Assembly: GCA_963665235.2 (NCBI GenBank) | Contig: CAXXLX010000001.1 | Span: 768,001-832,000 of the forward strand | Source of the DNA: Candidatus Poribacteria bacterium | GTDB lineage: Bacteria; Poribacteria; WGA-4E; WGA-3G | Reading direction: 5' to 3' | DNA length: 64,000 bases | Part shown: one piece after another, positions 10,070-19,820 of the stretch | Position numbering within the stretch: the stretch's first letter is position 1 | Layout: each line of letters begins with the position of its first letter | Notes under the pieces: model-generated | Databases searched by the model: none | What the model saw: only the letters and a program-made list of their open reading frames with translations | Told to the model about the DNA's origin: nothing | Program-made: the position numbers and the translations under genes

Positions 10070-13000
10070 CTAAAACATTCTTTCCTCGTCGATTTTCGCG
10101 TGTTTAATTTGTTCTTCCAATGTTGCGATATATTCATCGAGCCAACATATCACGTTCCCGTCGTCTTCGGTGTTCTTGATATGAAGCAGCTTCTGTTTTA
10201 TTGTGTCGTAGTGTAAACTGGCAGGGCCCAACCCCACACCTTCTAAATAATTCGATATCAGTGCGTGTCGGACATCCTCTCGTTCACCATAACGCGTAAG
10301 AATTGTCCGCGCCAGGGAAGTTTGCCATTCCGTTTCTATGAGGGTTTTAGGAACGAAACTACGCGCAAGTACGGAGGCACGATTTTCCACGTTTTTATCA
10401 ATCCATTCCCAGATTTTTTTGTGTGGAATAAGCGTTATGGCTCCTTTTTCTGTTTTCGAGAGCTCTGCTCCTTGTAGCCACCATTCCAGCGCGGTACTCC
10501 TTGAAAAATTGGTGTTTGTCTCTACGGATGCATCTAGATATTTGCTAACCCGTTCCCACACCTGTTCGGGGAACTTTTTCATCACTTCAGTTAGAAGTGA
10601 AGTTGTTTTCGCTTTAAATCCTGGAACGATGGTCCCTTTTGTTCCGAAGTGCGCGAGCATTAACGCCACAAGTTCTAAACACTTTTCTGGATAGCGTTGC
10701 AGGAATGCTTTTCCGAGCTCTATCCAATAGTGCTCTATCATTGTCCTAAACCGATTTTCATTCGATTCTTCAAAAAAGGATGGATGGGTGAGCAGCTGGA
10801 ACGTCAGGTCAGCAGGTAAAGTTGGTTTCGGTTTCTGGCCAACGTAGTAGCGGTGATAAAGGCATAATGCGATTGACACGGCGGATTTTTCGGAAACGTT
10901 CAGCAAGAACTCAATCCACGCTGTGAAAACCGCCTCGGATAGATTTTCAATCGCTCTGCTGTAGGTAAAAATGTCAAATCGATTGATATCGATGATGCCC
11001 TCTTTAGCAAGATGGAGGAGCCGCAATCCGGCTCGAGCGGTCAAGCCTGAACGGTGTGTGAGTTCCGGAATTAGCAGATTTAACGTGTTATCCTCAATAA
11101 GTGCGTCAAGTTGTTTTTCCCATTTTGCCGTGTTGGTCTCAAAGAGTGCACGGAAATAGCCGCCTAGGAAATAGGCACTCTCGGTGTCACCTGTGTTTCG
11201 TTGGGCATCAAGTAGGGTTGGCAGCAACGCAAATCTGCTGTCTTTCTGTCCGAGTTGGTACCCAAACCTGTATCCATTCTTCGCCTCGGATGTCACAAGC
11301 CATGGGAGTTCCCCTTTCAAAAGGGTAGGATTTTCAACGACTTGATTAGCGAGTGTTTCAAGGTGAGATTGAACAGGATTGATTACTTCACCGTTATCGA
11401 GAGGTGCATCTTCAGGGAGATACATCCCTACGTATCGTCGCATTAGGGAATGAAAATCGGAACCAACCAATTCATCTCGAAGCACTTCAAAACGTTGTCG
11501 AATTTCCGCCGGGAGTCCCGTGTTGTCAACATAAGCATCATCATCAAGCAAGATTCGACTCACTGTTTCAATAATCTGTTTTTCGTTCGCATATCTGTTT
11601 TCGGTAATAGTTATAAGAGTGTTGATAACCATCTCGCTTAGATGTGGGATTCTTGCAAGCGAGCCTGCTTGTTCAAGCAGAATCTCTACAGCCTCCTCCC
11701 GTTCATCTTCTGGCAAGAGTGCTAATTGTTCAGATAAAAGTTGCCATACATGTCGATAGGCATCCCAGAGTTCTCCATAAGTTTTAGGTTGCCAAAGTTT
11801 AGGGAGCATCCATAATTCTTGATATTCTGCCCCAAGCATCCGTGAAAAGCGGTCAGATACTAGCCCTTTACGGCAAGCTTTCAATGCCAGAATTCGACGT
11901 TCTTTCGATTCAGACTCGAACGCCTCTTTCAAGACCGGCAAACGCTCTACGGGAGGTGCTTCGGTTCGCGCCCCTGCACCCCAGCCCGGTGAAAAAAGAT
12001 TGGCAAATACACCACTAGCATTATTTGAACACCCCTCATTCTCTGCTTCGCCGAGGGCGAGAAGTAGTCTTGCAGCCTCAACAAACAGCTCCCGATGCAT
12101 AGCAATTTTTTCAAGTGCCCAGACTACGTACCTTCGGCCATCTTTAAATTGCAGGAGGGCTTTTCTATCTAATATTCCTATCGTTCGCGTCAGGCATTGT
12201 AACGCAGATTTAGGGTCTGCTTCAGTCAATGCTGAAAAAAAACGGCTACCCCTCCTCGTATTCAAATATTCACTATTCTGAAAGGGACCGTTTGGCCCTA
12301 GGAGCCCCTTGACAATTTCTGAGGCGGGTTCTGATTCAGCCGCGTATCGGAACATTTCATGGAACGCATCAACTAATTCAGGCGGTAAACCTTGGGTGAA
12401 GGTTTCAAGGTCAAACGGGTTTCCATAAACTTGCCACCACTCTACCCATAACTTAATATGGAGTGCTTCCGGTGTGATGTAGAGCGTAAACTCCCCTTGA
12501 AGGATTTTGCGTCTTTTCAACTCATCAACAATTTTCTGAAACCTACTCCAAGTAATCTGTTCGTCGGCCTCTTTAACCTTTGCAGTAATCGCTTGGGCTT
12601 CTACGACAACGCGCCCCCCAAAACCAAATCGCCTAAAGAGCGCTATATGCTGAAGCACCAACTCCCTCTGTTGAACCTCTAGGCTCTCCGGACTTTCTCT
12701 ACTGAAGTCAACGTAGAAACTCTTGTAGAGATAGTCATCATTCAGCAGCTCGGATGGCGTGTCCGGATGAGTGAATAGAACTTCACCTGTGCGATGTGCC
12801 ATGCGTGGCGAACCACCACAGAACGGCAGATATCCTTCTGCTTTTTCTTTCGAAACCCTGTATCCCTGAATGATATCCAGAATCTTATCGTTATTCAATC
12901 GCTCTACTTCAAAGACAGAAATATCGCGACTGACAACCGGATCGCGCTCGTTATAGATGCTAACCAACTTAATCCGGGGTCCCTGATTTTGCAGCTTATC

Positions 13001-13900
13001 CCATATATAAAACCGGCTGTCCGGCGCGCACTCATCAATTACTAAAACAGCAGAAAAGTGATTATCGTCCCGGAGGATTTCACGCATTAACTCTCCGGTA
13101 CGAAACTGTGCAGCCGTAGAATAAATAACAAGCGGTGCTAAATCGTCTGTTCTTGTAGCTTCTAAAACGAGCTTCGTTTTACCAATGCCAGGTTTACCCA
13201 ACACCCGCACATGAACCGCACTAATGTCCTCCCGCAATTTGTCCCTGATTTCTTCAATTAAGGCTCCCTGTGTTGCCCCAGGAACAAACGGCACATCCAT
13301 AGTTCCATCTTGAGACCAACTCTGATGTGTTTGAAAGTCCGCTCCAGAGCGTTCATTAACCGACAACGCCAACGATGGAAACGCCTGAAGAAAACCAATT
13401 AGCGTATTTTGCGTAAACACCTCTACTTTGGGCTCTGAATAACCACACTGCTTTAAGTATTCCGCAATGTTAGAAAGAATTTTTTCTCTTTGTGGTACAA
13501 CCGGATCGATTCCGGTGCAGACCAAAACGTAAGTGCTCTCAGCATTAAGGCAGGCGCGAATACTCTCCCCTAAGTTCTGTAACTCAGGTGTTTTTTCTCC
13601 GAAGAGTGCTTTCTTGATGACCGATTTCCGCCACGGTTTAAACTCCGCCCCCGATTTAATCTGATAACTCGTTTTGCCTGGTTTAATGAGCTCGGGTTTT
13701 GCGATTTGTGCGTCATCAACGGTAGCGTCAACGCCGCCATCTGGGACATTAACCCAACTAGACACACTAATCTTGCTGATTTCTATACCAAGCCGGCGCG
13801 CTTCTGCCCAGAGCAGGTTCCGAAAAAATTCGACCGACGTGTTTAAATCAAGTTCCTTAAGATGTTCCTTTGTTACGGTAAAAATTGTGTCGCGATTCAT
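10070..13900 (-). CDS. 1276-aa PD-(D/E)XK-like nuclease + STAND-type P-loop NTPase + helical C-terminus (candidate antiviral protein)
   Basis: PDGGVDA...YQIKSG; Walker A GKPGIGKT; Walker B VLVIDE; long helical tail. Confidence 0.7.
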   Translation of the reverse strand: MNRDTIFTVTKEHLKELDLNTSVEFFRNLLWAEARRLGIEISKISVSSWVNVPDGGVDATVDDAQIAKPELIKPGKTSYQIKSGAEFKPWRKSVIKKALFGEKTPELQNLGESIRACLNAESTYVLVCTGIDPVVPQREKILSNIAEYLKQCGYSEPKVEVFTQNTLIGFLQAFPSLALSVNERSGADFQTHQSWSQDGTMDVPFVPGATQGALIEEIRDKLREDISAVHVRVLGKPGIGKTKLVLEATRTDDLAPLVIYSTAAQFRTGELMREILRDDNHFSAVLVIDECAPDSRFYIWDKLQNQGPRIKLVSIYNERDPVVSRDISVFEVERLNNDKILDIIQGYRVSKEKAEGYLPFCGGSPRMAHRTGEVLFTHPDTPSELLNDDYLYKSFYVDFSRESPESLEVQQRELVLQHIALFRRFGFGGRVVVEAQAITAKVKEADEQITWSRFQKIVDELKRRKILQGEFTLYITPEALHIKLWVEWWQVYGNPFDLETFTQGLPPELVDAFHEMFRYAAESEPASEIVKGLLGPNGPFQNSEYLNTRRGSRFFSALTEADPKSALQCLTRTIGILDRKALLQFKDGRRYVVWALEKIAMHRELFVEAARLLLALGEAENEGCSNNASGVFANLFSPGWGAGARTEAPPVERLPVLKEAFESESKERRILALKACRKGLVSDRFSRMLGAEYQELWMLPKLWQPKTYGELWDAYRHVWQLLSEQLALLPEDEREEAVEILLEQAGSLARIPHLSEMVINTLITITENRYANEKQIIETVSRILLDDDAYVDNTGLPAEIRQRFEVLRDELVGSDFHSLMRRYVGMYLPEDAPLDNGEVINPVQSHLETLANQVVENPTLLKGELPWLVTSEAKNGYRFGYQLGQKDSRFALLPTLLDAQRNTGDTESAYFLGGYFRALFETNTAKWEKQLDALIEDNTLNLLIPELTHRSGLTARAGLRLLHLAKEGIIDINRFDIFTYSRAIENLSEAVFTAWIEFLLNVSEKSAVSIALCLYHRYYVGQKPKPTLPADLTFQLLTHPSFFEESNENRFRTMIEHYWIELGKAFLQRYPEKCLELVALMLAHFGTKGTIVPGFKAKTTSLLTEVMKKFPEQVWERVSKYLDASVETNTNFSRSTALEWWLQGAELSKTEKGAITLIPHKKIWEWIDKNVENRASVLARSFVPKTLIETEWQTSLARTILTRYGEREDVRHALISNYLEGVGLGPASLHYDTIKQKLLHIKNTEDDGNVICWLDEYIATLEEQIKHAKIDEERMF

Positions 13901-13931
13901 TGTAAAACTCCGAAAAATCTAGGATACAAAT

Positions 13932-13960
13932 AGGATACCATACATAGCGTCCCGTGTCAA
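13932..13960 (-). promoter_or_regulatory. Sigma70-like promoter of the STAND gene
   Basis: TTGACA-17 bp-TATCCT with an extended TG. Confidence 0.5.
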
Positions 13961-14028
13961 GGACAATCAGAGACATTCGGTCAAAAGCGGGCAAACCTAA
14001 AACTATGTGAGCACTAAATATCTTTACA

Positions 14029-14505
14029 AACGTGAGCTTGATAATAAAGGTCCGTTGGTTTCCCTAACCTCTATAAATATATCGTCCTTGAGGAGCGGGC
14101 TGCTTGCCCGAATACTGGGACTAAGAGTTGTGGCGGAAACGGTTTTCTATTGGACAAAAGCGCGGTTTCCCCAGCGGGGCGGTATCTTTATAGAAAACCC
14201 AACCACACCACAAACTAGCCCCAGCGGGGCGGTATGTTTATAGATTTTAGCCAAACCCCTCTTCTTTCCGCGTCCTCTGCGTTCTGTGCCTTCCGTGATT
14301 CAGAAAAAAATGCGTAGATATTAGAAACAACCCTCTTTTTTCCTCGTTCTCCGTATTTTCCGGGCTTTCCGTGATTCAGACAACACACGCCAAATCCACC
14401 CTTCCCCTCTTCCAATCTTCCGCTCTTCCAATCTTCCCTCTTCCAATCTTCCCCCCTTTCCTTTGACAAAAACGTTACCCGCTCCTAAAATTGTCCAAAG
14501 TTTAG
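14029..14505. repeat. Composite repeat block (family-C end, TTTATAG hairpins, microrepeats, family-B TIR)
   Basis: ACGTGAGCTTGATAATAAA, GCCCCAGCGGGGCGGTAT, GATTCAGACAA, ATTGTCCAAAGTTTAG at 14490-14505. Confidence 0.7.
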
Positions 14506-14516
14506 TAAACTTCGCG

Positions 14517-16538
14517 CTAATCTGTGCTTTCAGCTGCGGGGGTAAAATCAAGTTGCGGGTTGTCTTCGAGCTTCTTGCTCGGTAAACTCAGTATTGCCTC
14601 AATGATAAGTGCTAGCATCATCGCGATGAGAAAGGTGCGCCAGAGTTCATTCGCCAAGGCAGATGTATCTCCGACCTCCACATCTATTCGCCGATAGGAC
14701 AATCCATCAAACAAGCTATCCACTGTGTCAACGGGTGCCGCCTTAGCCGTATCTTCAGCATCGCTGCGATTGATAGCTACCCAGTCCGTTTCGTTTTGGT
14801 AAACCCCTGCATGTAATCCGCGTTCTGAAAGAGAGGGGGTATCTTCTACAGGCGCGACCGCTTCCCACTGTTCACGGTCTGCTAGCGCATCAGGTGCCGC
14901 GTCGCGTTGAGATGCGGATGCTAATGCCCGACACCCTATAGCTAACGCCCGTTGTAGCATAACATAAAACACAACACCGTCGCGTTGTAGTGAAGAGAAC
15001 TCTGCTGTAGGGAGTGTGCTACAGAAATAGGCCGCACCGGGCTCCGTTGCCACACGGATTAGGAGCGGTGCCTCGTTTCCAAACTTTGCTAACGTTGTGC
15101 CGGTACTTTCAAGGGCGCGATATCGGTAGGTGCGGAGTTCATTTAAGGGTAAGGCATCGCCGCTGGCTACATGTGCAAACAGCTCGGTGTCGCCACGCCA
15201 CCATGCAAGCTTATGAAACTGCTGTTCATCCGGTGATTGCCAGTCATTCCAACGTGAGTCGAAGATTTGCCCACCGGGGTTTTGATTCGGTGGAAAGAAG
15301 ATAACAACCCGTCCGCTGTTGACGAAATTCTGAAGCTGTTCTGCGAGCAGACCGCTAGGCAAAGCTGCCTGCCAGATTAACAATCCCGTCCTTTCCCAAT
15401 CAATTTCCCCAATACGATTTACGGAAATCACCTCTGCTTGATGTTGCAGCCGAGCATCGGGGGGGATAGCAAGAGCGAGCCGAAACGCTTCACTAATTCT
15501 CGCGTCATCACTGACGATAACCGATTTCCGCATCGGTGGTTCAGAGAACACAAAGAAAAATCGGTTATCCAACGGATTGGCATCCCCGGGCAACCGAACT
15601 GCCCCCCAGCCTGAAGTAAGCTTACCATCAATTGGGATACGATGTCCTTGCAAAGATGCCCCCCGTGTATCAAGTTCAACTTCAACCACAGACCGGACGT
15701 TGTTGACTTCAAATTCAATCGGCACCTTTCGTGTGTCGCTCCTGTTGCCTTCGGTGCGAACTATCACGTCAAGAATGAGTTCCGCCTCGTTGCCGCGTTG
15801 CCACCGTTGCACGTTTTCGACCCGTACGGATAAATTGTTTGTGGCTGGGGCTGAATAGGAAAGCAGGAAATGGTGGACTCCCTCCAATTTTCCAAATTCT
15901 TCGCGTATCGCCTCCCAGCGTCCGCTATCAACACTCCAATCGTTCTCGTGAAGGTCGGAGCAGAGCCATACATCGGCACGTCCTGAGTTGTTCGCCTTCA
16001 GATAAGTTAATGCCGATTCAAGCATACCCGGGATGTTAGCCGTCGTGACAGTAGCATCGGTCATCGGCAGGCTTAATAGGGCTTTAGGTGAATCTACTTC
16101 CTGTAGCTGTCCGGTGGCACTATCGATGAGAATCAGGTGTGTTCCGTAATCTCCCTGTTCCAGCAATTGTGCGAGTCTTTTCAGTGCCGTGGAACGTTTC
16201 GATTCCCCCGCTTGTAGGTCCTGTATCTCCATACTTGCAGAGCGATCGAGGAGGACCATAGTGACATCAGGTTTCGCCAATCCGATGCTTCCCAGCCATC
16301 CGCCGGAGAGCGGGCGGCTGATAGCAAATATTAACGCTGCGATAGCGAGAGTACGCATGAGGAGGATGAGAATATGACGAATCCGCGCCATGCCTTTACT
16401 CATGCGTTTCGCAGTCATCAGGAACATCATCGCTGCCCAGGGGACAGTCCGATGCCGCTGCTGATTGATAAGATGGATGATGACTGGCAACAGCATCAAT
16501 GGAAGTGCAATTAATGCAAGCGGTTGTAGGAAATTCAT
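14517..16538 (-). CDS. BatA (double-TM) + VWA domain protein
   Basis: MNFLQP...LPVIIHLI...VPWAAMMFL, LIFAISRP, LDRSASM, CSDLH; an alternative in-frame ATG at 16568 lies inside the IsrB element. Confidence 0.9.
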   Translation of the reverse strand: MNFLQPLALIALPLMLLPVIIHLINQQRHRTVPWAAMMFLMTAKRMSKGMARIRHILILLMRTLAIAALIFAISRPLSGGWLGSIGLAKPDVTMVLLDRSASMEIQDLQAGESKRSTALKRLAQLLEQGDYGTHLILIDSATGQLQEVDSPKALLSLPMTDATVTTANIPGMLESALTYLKANNSGRADVWLCSDLHENDWSVDSGRWEAIREEFGKLEGVHHFLLSYSAPATNNLSVRVENVQRWQRGNEAELILDVIVRTEGNRSDTRKVPIEFEVNNVRSVVEVELDTRGASLQGHRIPIDGKLTSGWGAVRLPGDANPLDNRFFFVFSEPPMRKSVIVSDDARISEAFRLALAIPPDARLQHQAEVISVNRIGEIDWERTGLLIWQAALPSGLLAEQLQNFVNSGRVVIFFPPNQNPGGQIFDSRWNDWQSPDEQQFHKLAWWRGDTELFAHVASGDALPLNELRTYRYRALESTGTTLAKFGNEAPLLIRVATEPGAAYFCSTLPTAEFSSLQRDGVVFYVMLQRALAIGCRALASASQRDAAPDALADREQWEAVAPVEDTPSLSERGLHAGVYQNETDWVAINRSDAEDTAKAAPVDTVDSLFDGLSYRRIDVEVGDTSALANELWRTFLIAMMLALIIEAILSLPSKKLEDNPQLDFTPAAESTD

Positions 16539-16568
16539 CAAAATCTTCGGATTGGAAACCCCCAGCAT

Positions 16569-17597
16569 TTATGCGGGGGAGGAAAATCCGCCTTTATAGT
16601 TGAAGTTCAAGCGTGTTAGCACTTGAAAATCTGTGCGTTTCGCACCCGTTGTTAATCGGTGTCCATCTAAACTATAGACAGAGAATAGGCCTTTAGCATT
16701 AACACCCGCAAGGCGTGTGAGTCCATATTTTTCGTGCTTTATCAATGTGTTTTTAACAAGTCCATCGCCTAATAAGGTGCCACCATATCGCGGACGATTG
16801 CCACCTTTCTGCGGATTTTGTCTGTGGAGTTGTCGCCTGCGTATCGGTATCGGTGAGATACAGAATATATCGGTATTGTCGGGTATCTCTAAACCGCCAA
16901 CGGTGTGATAGGCCAAGCACCAACTATCAACGCAATGTGCCTCAAAGGTTTCAGCTAACTTCTTTGACGACTTGTTGAGACCAAGCCGCTCGCGTATCTC
17001 TTTGGTTTCAAACCCTTGTAATGTTAGGAGTCTCCATCGCTTTTCTACCTCTGAATAGAACCAATGCTTGCCGACTTCCAAAGGACTAAAGGACTGATTC
17101 CACTGCTTTTGATACTGTTTTGTTTGCGCCTTAATGTCCTCAACACAGACGTGTGTGACAGGATAGAGGTTAGACAACCAATCTAATATCCGAAGTTTCC
17201 AATCCCATCTCGCACGTGTGCCTGCAGGGATACGCTTCCGGTTCGACAGGTTGTGCTGCTTCTTTTTTCGATTCGGGCATTTCCGTGTGCGTCTGCTTCT
17301 CCGCAACTTCCGACGCTTCTCGATTTTCTTTCCAACCTTGTTGTGAGCGTCTGCTTGCACATTTAGGTAGGTATGTGCCTCGCTTTTGACGGTAAAGCCT
17401 TCCTTCTTACTGCCAGGGTCTACGCCTACGCATATCTGTTGGAAGTATCTATCCGAAGGCTCGGCGTTAAGGCGCACACAAAAAACGCCATTCTTCCAAA
17501 ACGGTGTGGCTTTCTTGTCTCGTATCCACTTCCTTGCCCGCGAAGGCTTTGTCGGCATCAGTGGATTTTGGTTTTTGTCAACAACAGGAACAAACAT
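16569..17597 (-). CDS. isrB: IsrB RNA-guided nickase (PLMP, split RuvC, bridge helix, no HNH), 342 aa
   Basis: PLMPTKPSRAR; RuvC-I VGVDPG; RRKLRRSRR; RuvC-II VEDI; RuvC-III HCVDS; RRRQLH; no HNH or zinc-finger insert. Confidence 0.88.
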   Translation of the reverse strand: MFVPVVDKNQNPLMPTKPSRARKWIRDKKATPFWKNGVFCVRLNAEPSDRYFQQICVGVDPGSKKEGFTVKSEAHTYLNVQADAHNKVGKKIEKRRKLRRSRRTRKCPNRKKKQHNLSNRKRIPAGTRARWDWKLRILDWLSNLYPVTHVCVEDIKAQTKQYQKQWNQSFSPLEVGKHWFYSEVEKRWRLLTLQGFETKEIRERLGLNKSSKKLAETFEAHCVDSWCLAYHTVGGLEIPDNTDIFCISPIPIRRRQLHRQNPQKGGNRPRYGGTLLGDGLVKNTLIKHEKYGLTRLAGVNAKGLFSVYSLDGHRLTTGAKRTDFQVLTRLNFNYKGGFSSPA

Positions 17598-17599
17598 AG

Positions 17600-17802
17600 T
17601 TTGTAATTCTCCGTAGAGTTTGTATTTCCCCATCCAGATCGGTATATCAGCGTTTACATCGGACTTGGGGAGCATCCGAAACACCTTTGTGCACCACCAC
17701 AGATATACCGATATATTACTGTAGTGAAGAACTTAATCTTTGACAGGGAACGTGTGGTTACGCTATGTCAAAGCACCCAGGCTTTAGCAGGGTGATCTTT
17801 AC
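17600..17802 (-). ncRNA. omegaRNA scaffold of IsrB (the guide would be the flank beyond 17802)
   Basis: About 200 nt non-coding between the element end and isrB; starts GTAAAGATCACCCTGCTAAAGCCTGGGTG; contains GGATGCTCCCCAAGTCC and an ATCGGTATATC/GATATACCGAT stem. Confidence 0.75.
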
Positions 17803-17814
17803 TGATGGCCTGCC

Positions 17815-18720
17815 TCACTTACGCTTTTTTGGGGTTCGGCCCAGTAAGAATTTTGCCAATACATCCCCGTAGTCCTCATTTATACAGATACGGTGATAGT
17901 CTATTTCGGTGTCGCGGCTGACCTCGTCCATGCTTTCGAGATATACCTCAAGGGCGCGGCGGTATTGTGTGCCGATGATAATTGGGTCTGCCAGCAAGGG
18001 TTCACCACCTTCCATATCGACAAACCGCATCGGTCGGTCGAATTCAAAATCCAGTTCGTTCTGTTCGATGAGATGAAACACCGCCACGTCATGTTTTCGG
18101 AATCGGAGGTGTTCGAAACAGTTGCGCGCCACTTCCGGTTCAATAAAAAGGTCTGAAAGGATGACAATCAGTGCGCGTTGCGGGATGCGTTCGGCAGCTT
18201 CGTGTAACGTGTCCGCCAGTCCTGTCTCGCCTGTCGGTTCAGCGGCACCGAGTTCATCAAGAACTGTGCTGAGATGGGTTGCACTCCGCTTTGGCGGAAT
18301 CTCTTTGTGAAATCTGTCTCCCGCGCAATAGAGCCCAACAGCATCGCCTTGAAGTGCAGCGATATAGGCGAGGGTGCCGCCGATGCGTCGTGCGTAATCG
18401 AGTTTACTCATACCGTTGTAAGCGAAACCCATCGACCCGCTGGTATCGACAATTAGGCACATACGTAGGTTTGTGTCGGCTTCAAACTCCTTGATATAAT
18501 AGCGGTCGTTCCGGGCATAAGCACGCCAATCGAGTCGTCGGGTATCATCGCCTGGGACGTACTTTCGGTATTCAGCGAATTCTAGGCTGGAACCGCGAAT
18601 CGGGCTGCGGTGTTTGCCGGACACATTACCTATCATCGGCAACCGGGCATGCAATTGCAGCGTTGAAAGCCGCTCCAACACCCCCTGGTCGAGATAATCC
18701 CGTTTGAGTTGCAGTGCCAT
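17815..18720 (-). CDS. DUF58 domain protein
   Basis: GKHRS..RGSSLEFAEYRKYVPGDDTRRLDW, YYIKEFE, DTSGSM. Confidence 0.92.
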   Translation of the reverse strand: MALQLKRDYLDQGVLERLSTLQLHARLPMIGNVSGKHRSPIRGSSLEFAEYRKYVPGDDTRRLDWRAYARNDRYYIKEFEADTNLRMCLIVDTSGSMGFAYNGMSKLDYARRIGGTLAYIAALQGDAVGLYCAGDRFHKEIPPKRSATHLSTVLDELGAAEPTGETGLADTLHEAAERIPQRALIVILSDLFIEPEVARNCFEHLRFRKHDVAVFHLIEQNELDFEFDRPMRFVDMEGGEPLLADPIIIGTQYRRALEVYLESMDEVSRDTEIDYHRICINEDYGDVLAKFLLGRTPKKRK

Positions 18721-18731
18721 AATTTATCCTT

Positions 18732-19748
18732 TTACGCTTCAGACAGCTCTTCAACGAGTCGTTCAACGATATCCTGGCTGGTGATATTTTCAGATTCAGC
18801 GGCGAAGGAGGTAATGACACGGTGTGCTAATACCGGGTTTGCCACTGCAATGACATCTTCAAGCCGTGCCATGTAGCTGCCGCTCAGCGCAGCACGTGCC
18901 TTAGCCCCGAGGATTAGGTATTGGACTGCACGCGGGCCGGCCCCCCAAGCGACGAGCGGTTTAAGCCAATCCGGGGAAGCATCATCTTTCGGCCGCGTGC
19001 TACGCGCTAAGTCAACAGCGAATTCGTAGATGTGCCCGGATACAGGAACGCGTCGAACAAGATTCTGAAACGCTATAACCCGCTCACCTGTTAAAACGTG
19101 TTCCAGCATTGGCAGTGCTAAGCCGGTTGTAGTTCGGGCAATTTCAATCTCTTCAGCGCGTTCCGGATAGTCCACCTCAATCCTGAACATAAACCGATCG
19201 AGTTGTGCCTCCGGCAGCGGATATGTCCCCTCCTGCTCAATCGGATTTTGCGTGGCTAACACAAAAAACGGTGGTGCAAGTTGGTAGGTCCTACCAATTA
19301 CGGTGATTCTGTATTCCTGCATTGCCTCCAGCATGGCGGCCTGTGTTTTTGAAGGGGCACGGTTAATCTCATCGGCAAGGATCAGATTAGCAAAGAGTGG
19401 CCCTTTTACGAACTCAAACTCACGTTTTCCGCCCGGAATTTCTTGAAGGATGTCAGTGCCAGTGATGTCCATCGGCATCAGATCAGGGGTGAATTGGATT
19501 CGACTGAACTGCAATGCCATCGTTTCGGCGAACCGACTGACTAACAAGGTTTTTGCCAAGCCAGGTACGCCCATCAACAATGCATGTCCCTGCGAAAATA
19601 GACAAATTGCAAGGTGTTCAATCACCTGCTCCTGCCCGATGATAATTTTGGCAAGTGATTCTTTCAACTGGCCGTAGACATCACGGAGTTCATCAATTGC
19701 AGCAACGTCATCGTCGTGCATTGCGTCAATATCTTGTGGTGTTTGCAT
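18732..19748 (-). CDS. moxR: MoxR-family AAA+ ATPase
   Basis: GVPGLAKT, RIQFTPDLMP.DITG, LADEINRA, ATQNPIEQEGTYPLPEAQLDRF. Confidence 0.93.
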   Translation of the reverse strand: MQTPQDIDAMHDDDVAAIDELRDVYGQLKESLAKIIIGQEQVIEHLAICLFSQGHALLMGVPGLAKTLLVSRFAETMALQFSRIQFTPDLMPMDITGTDILQEIPGGKREFEFVKGPLFANLILADEINRAPSKTQAAMLEAMQEYRITVIGRTYQLAPPFFVLATQNPIEQEGTYPLPEAQLDRFMFRIEVDYPERAEEIEIARTTTGLALPMLEHVLTGERVIAFQNLVRRVPVSGHIYEFAVDLARSTRPKDDASPDWLKPLVAWGAGPRAVQYLILGAKARAALSGSYMARLEDVIAVANPVLAHRVITSFAAESENITSQDIVERLVEELSEA

Positions 19749-19820
19749 AATTTTTCCTTTATTAGGGGGTATCGGTTGTCTGTTGACTGTCAATTGTTAA
19801 TTGCTAATCTCGGTGCCATT

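Larger units (their letters stand above)
16539..17802 (-). mobile_element. Non-autonomous IS200/IS605-family OMEGA element (IsrB + omegaRNA, no TnpA)
   Basis: + strand TTCAT|CAAAATC with subterminal hairpin CCCCCAGCATTTATGCGGGGG; other end hairpin CACCCAGGCTTTAGCAGGGTG then TTTAC; removal restores a 12-bp DUF58-to-BatA intergenic spacer; no TSD. Confidence 0.8.

Noticed and set aside
16569-17684. IscB, Cas9 or TnpB call, and start at 17684
   Set aside because: No HNH or zinc finger and PLMP is present, which fits IsrB; the extra 29 codons overlap the omegaRNA
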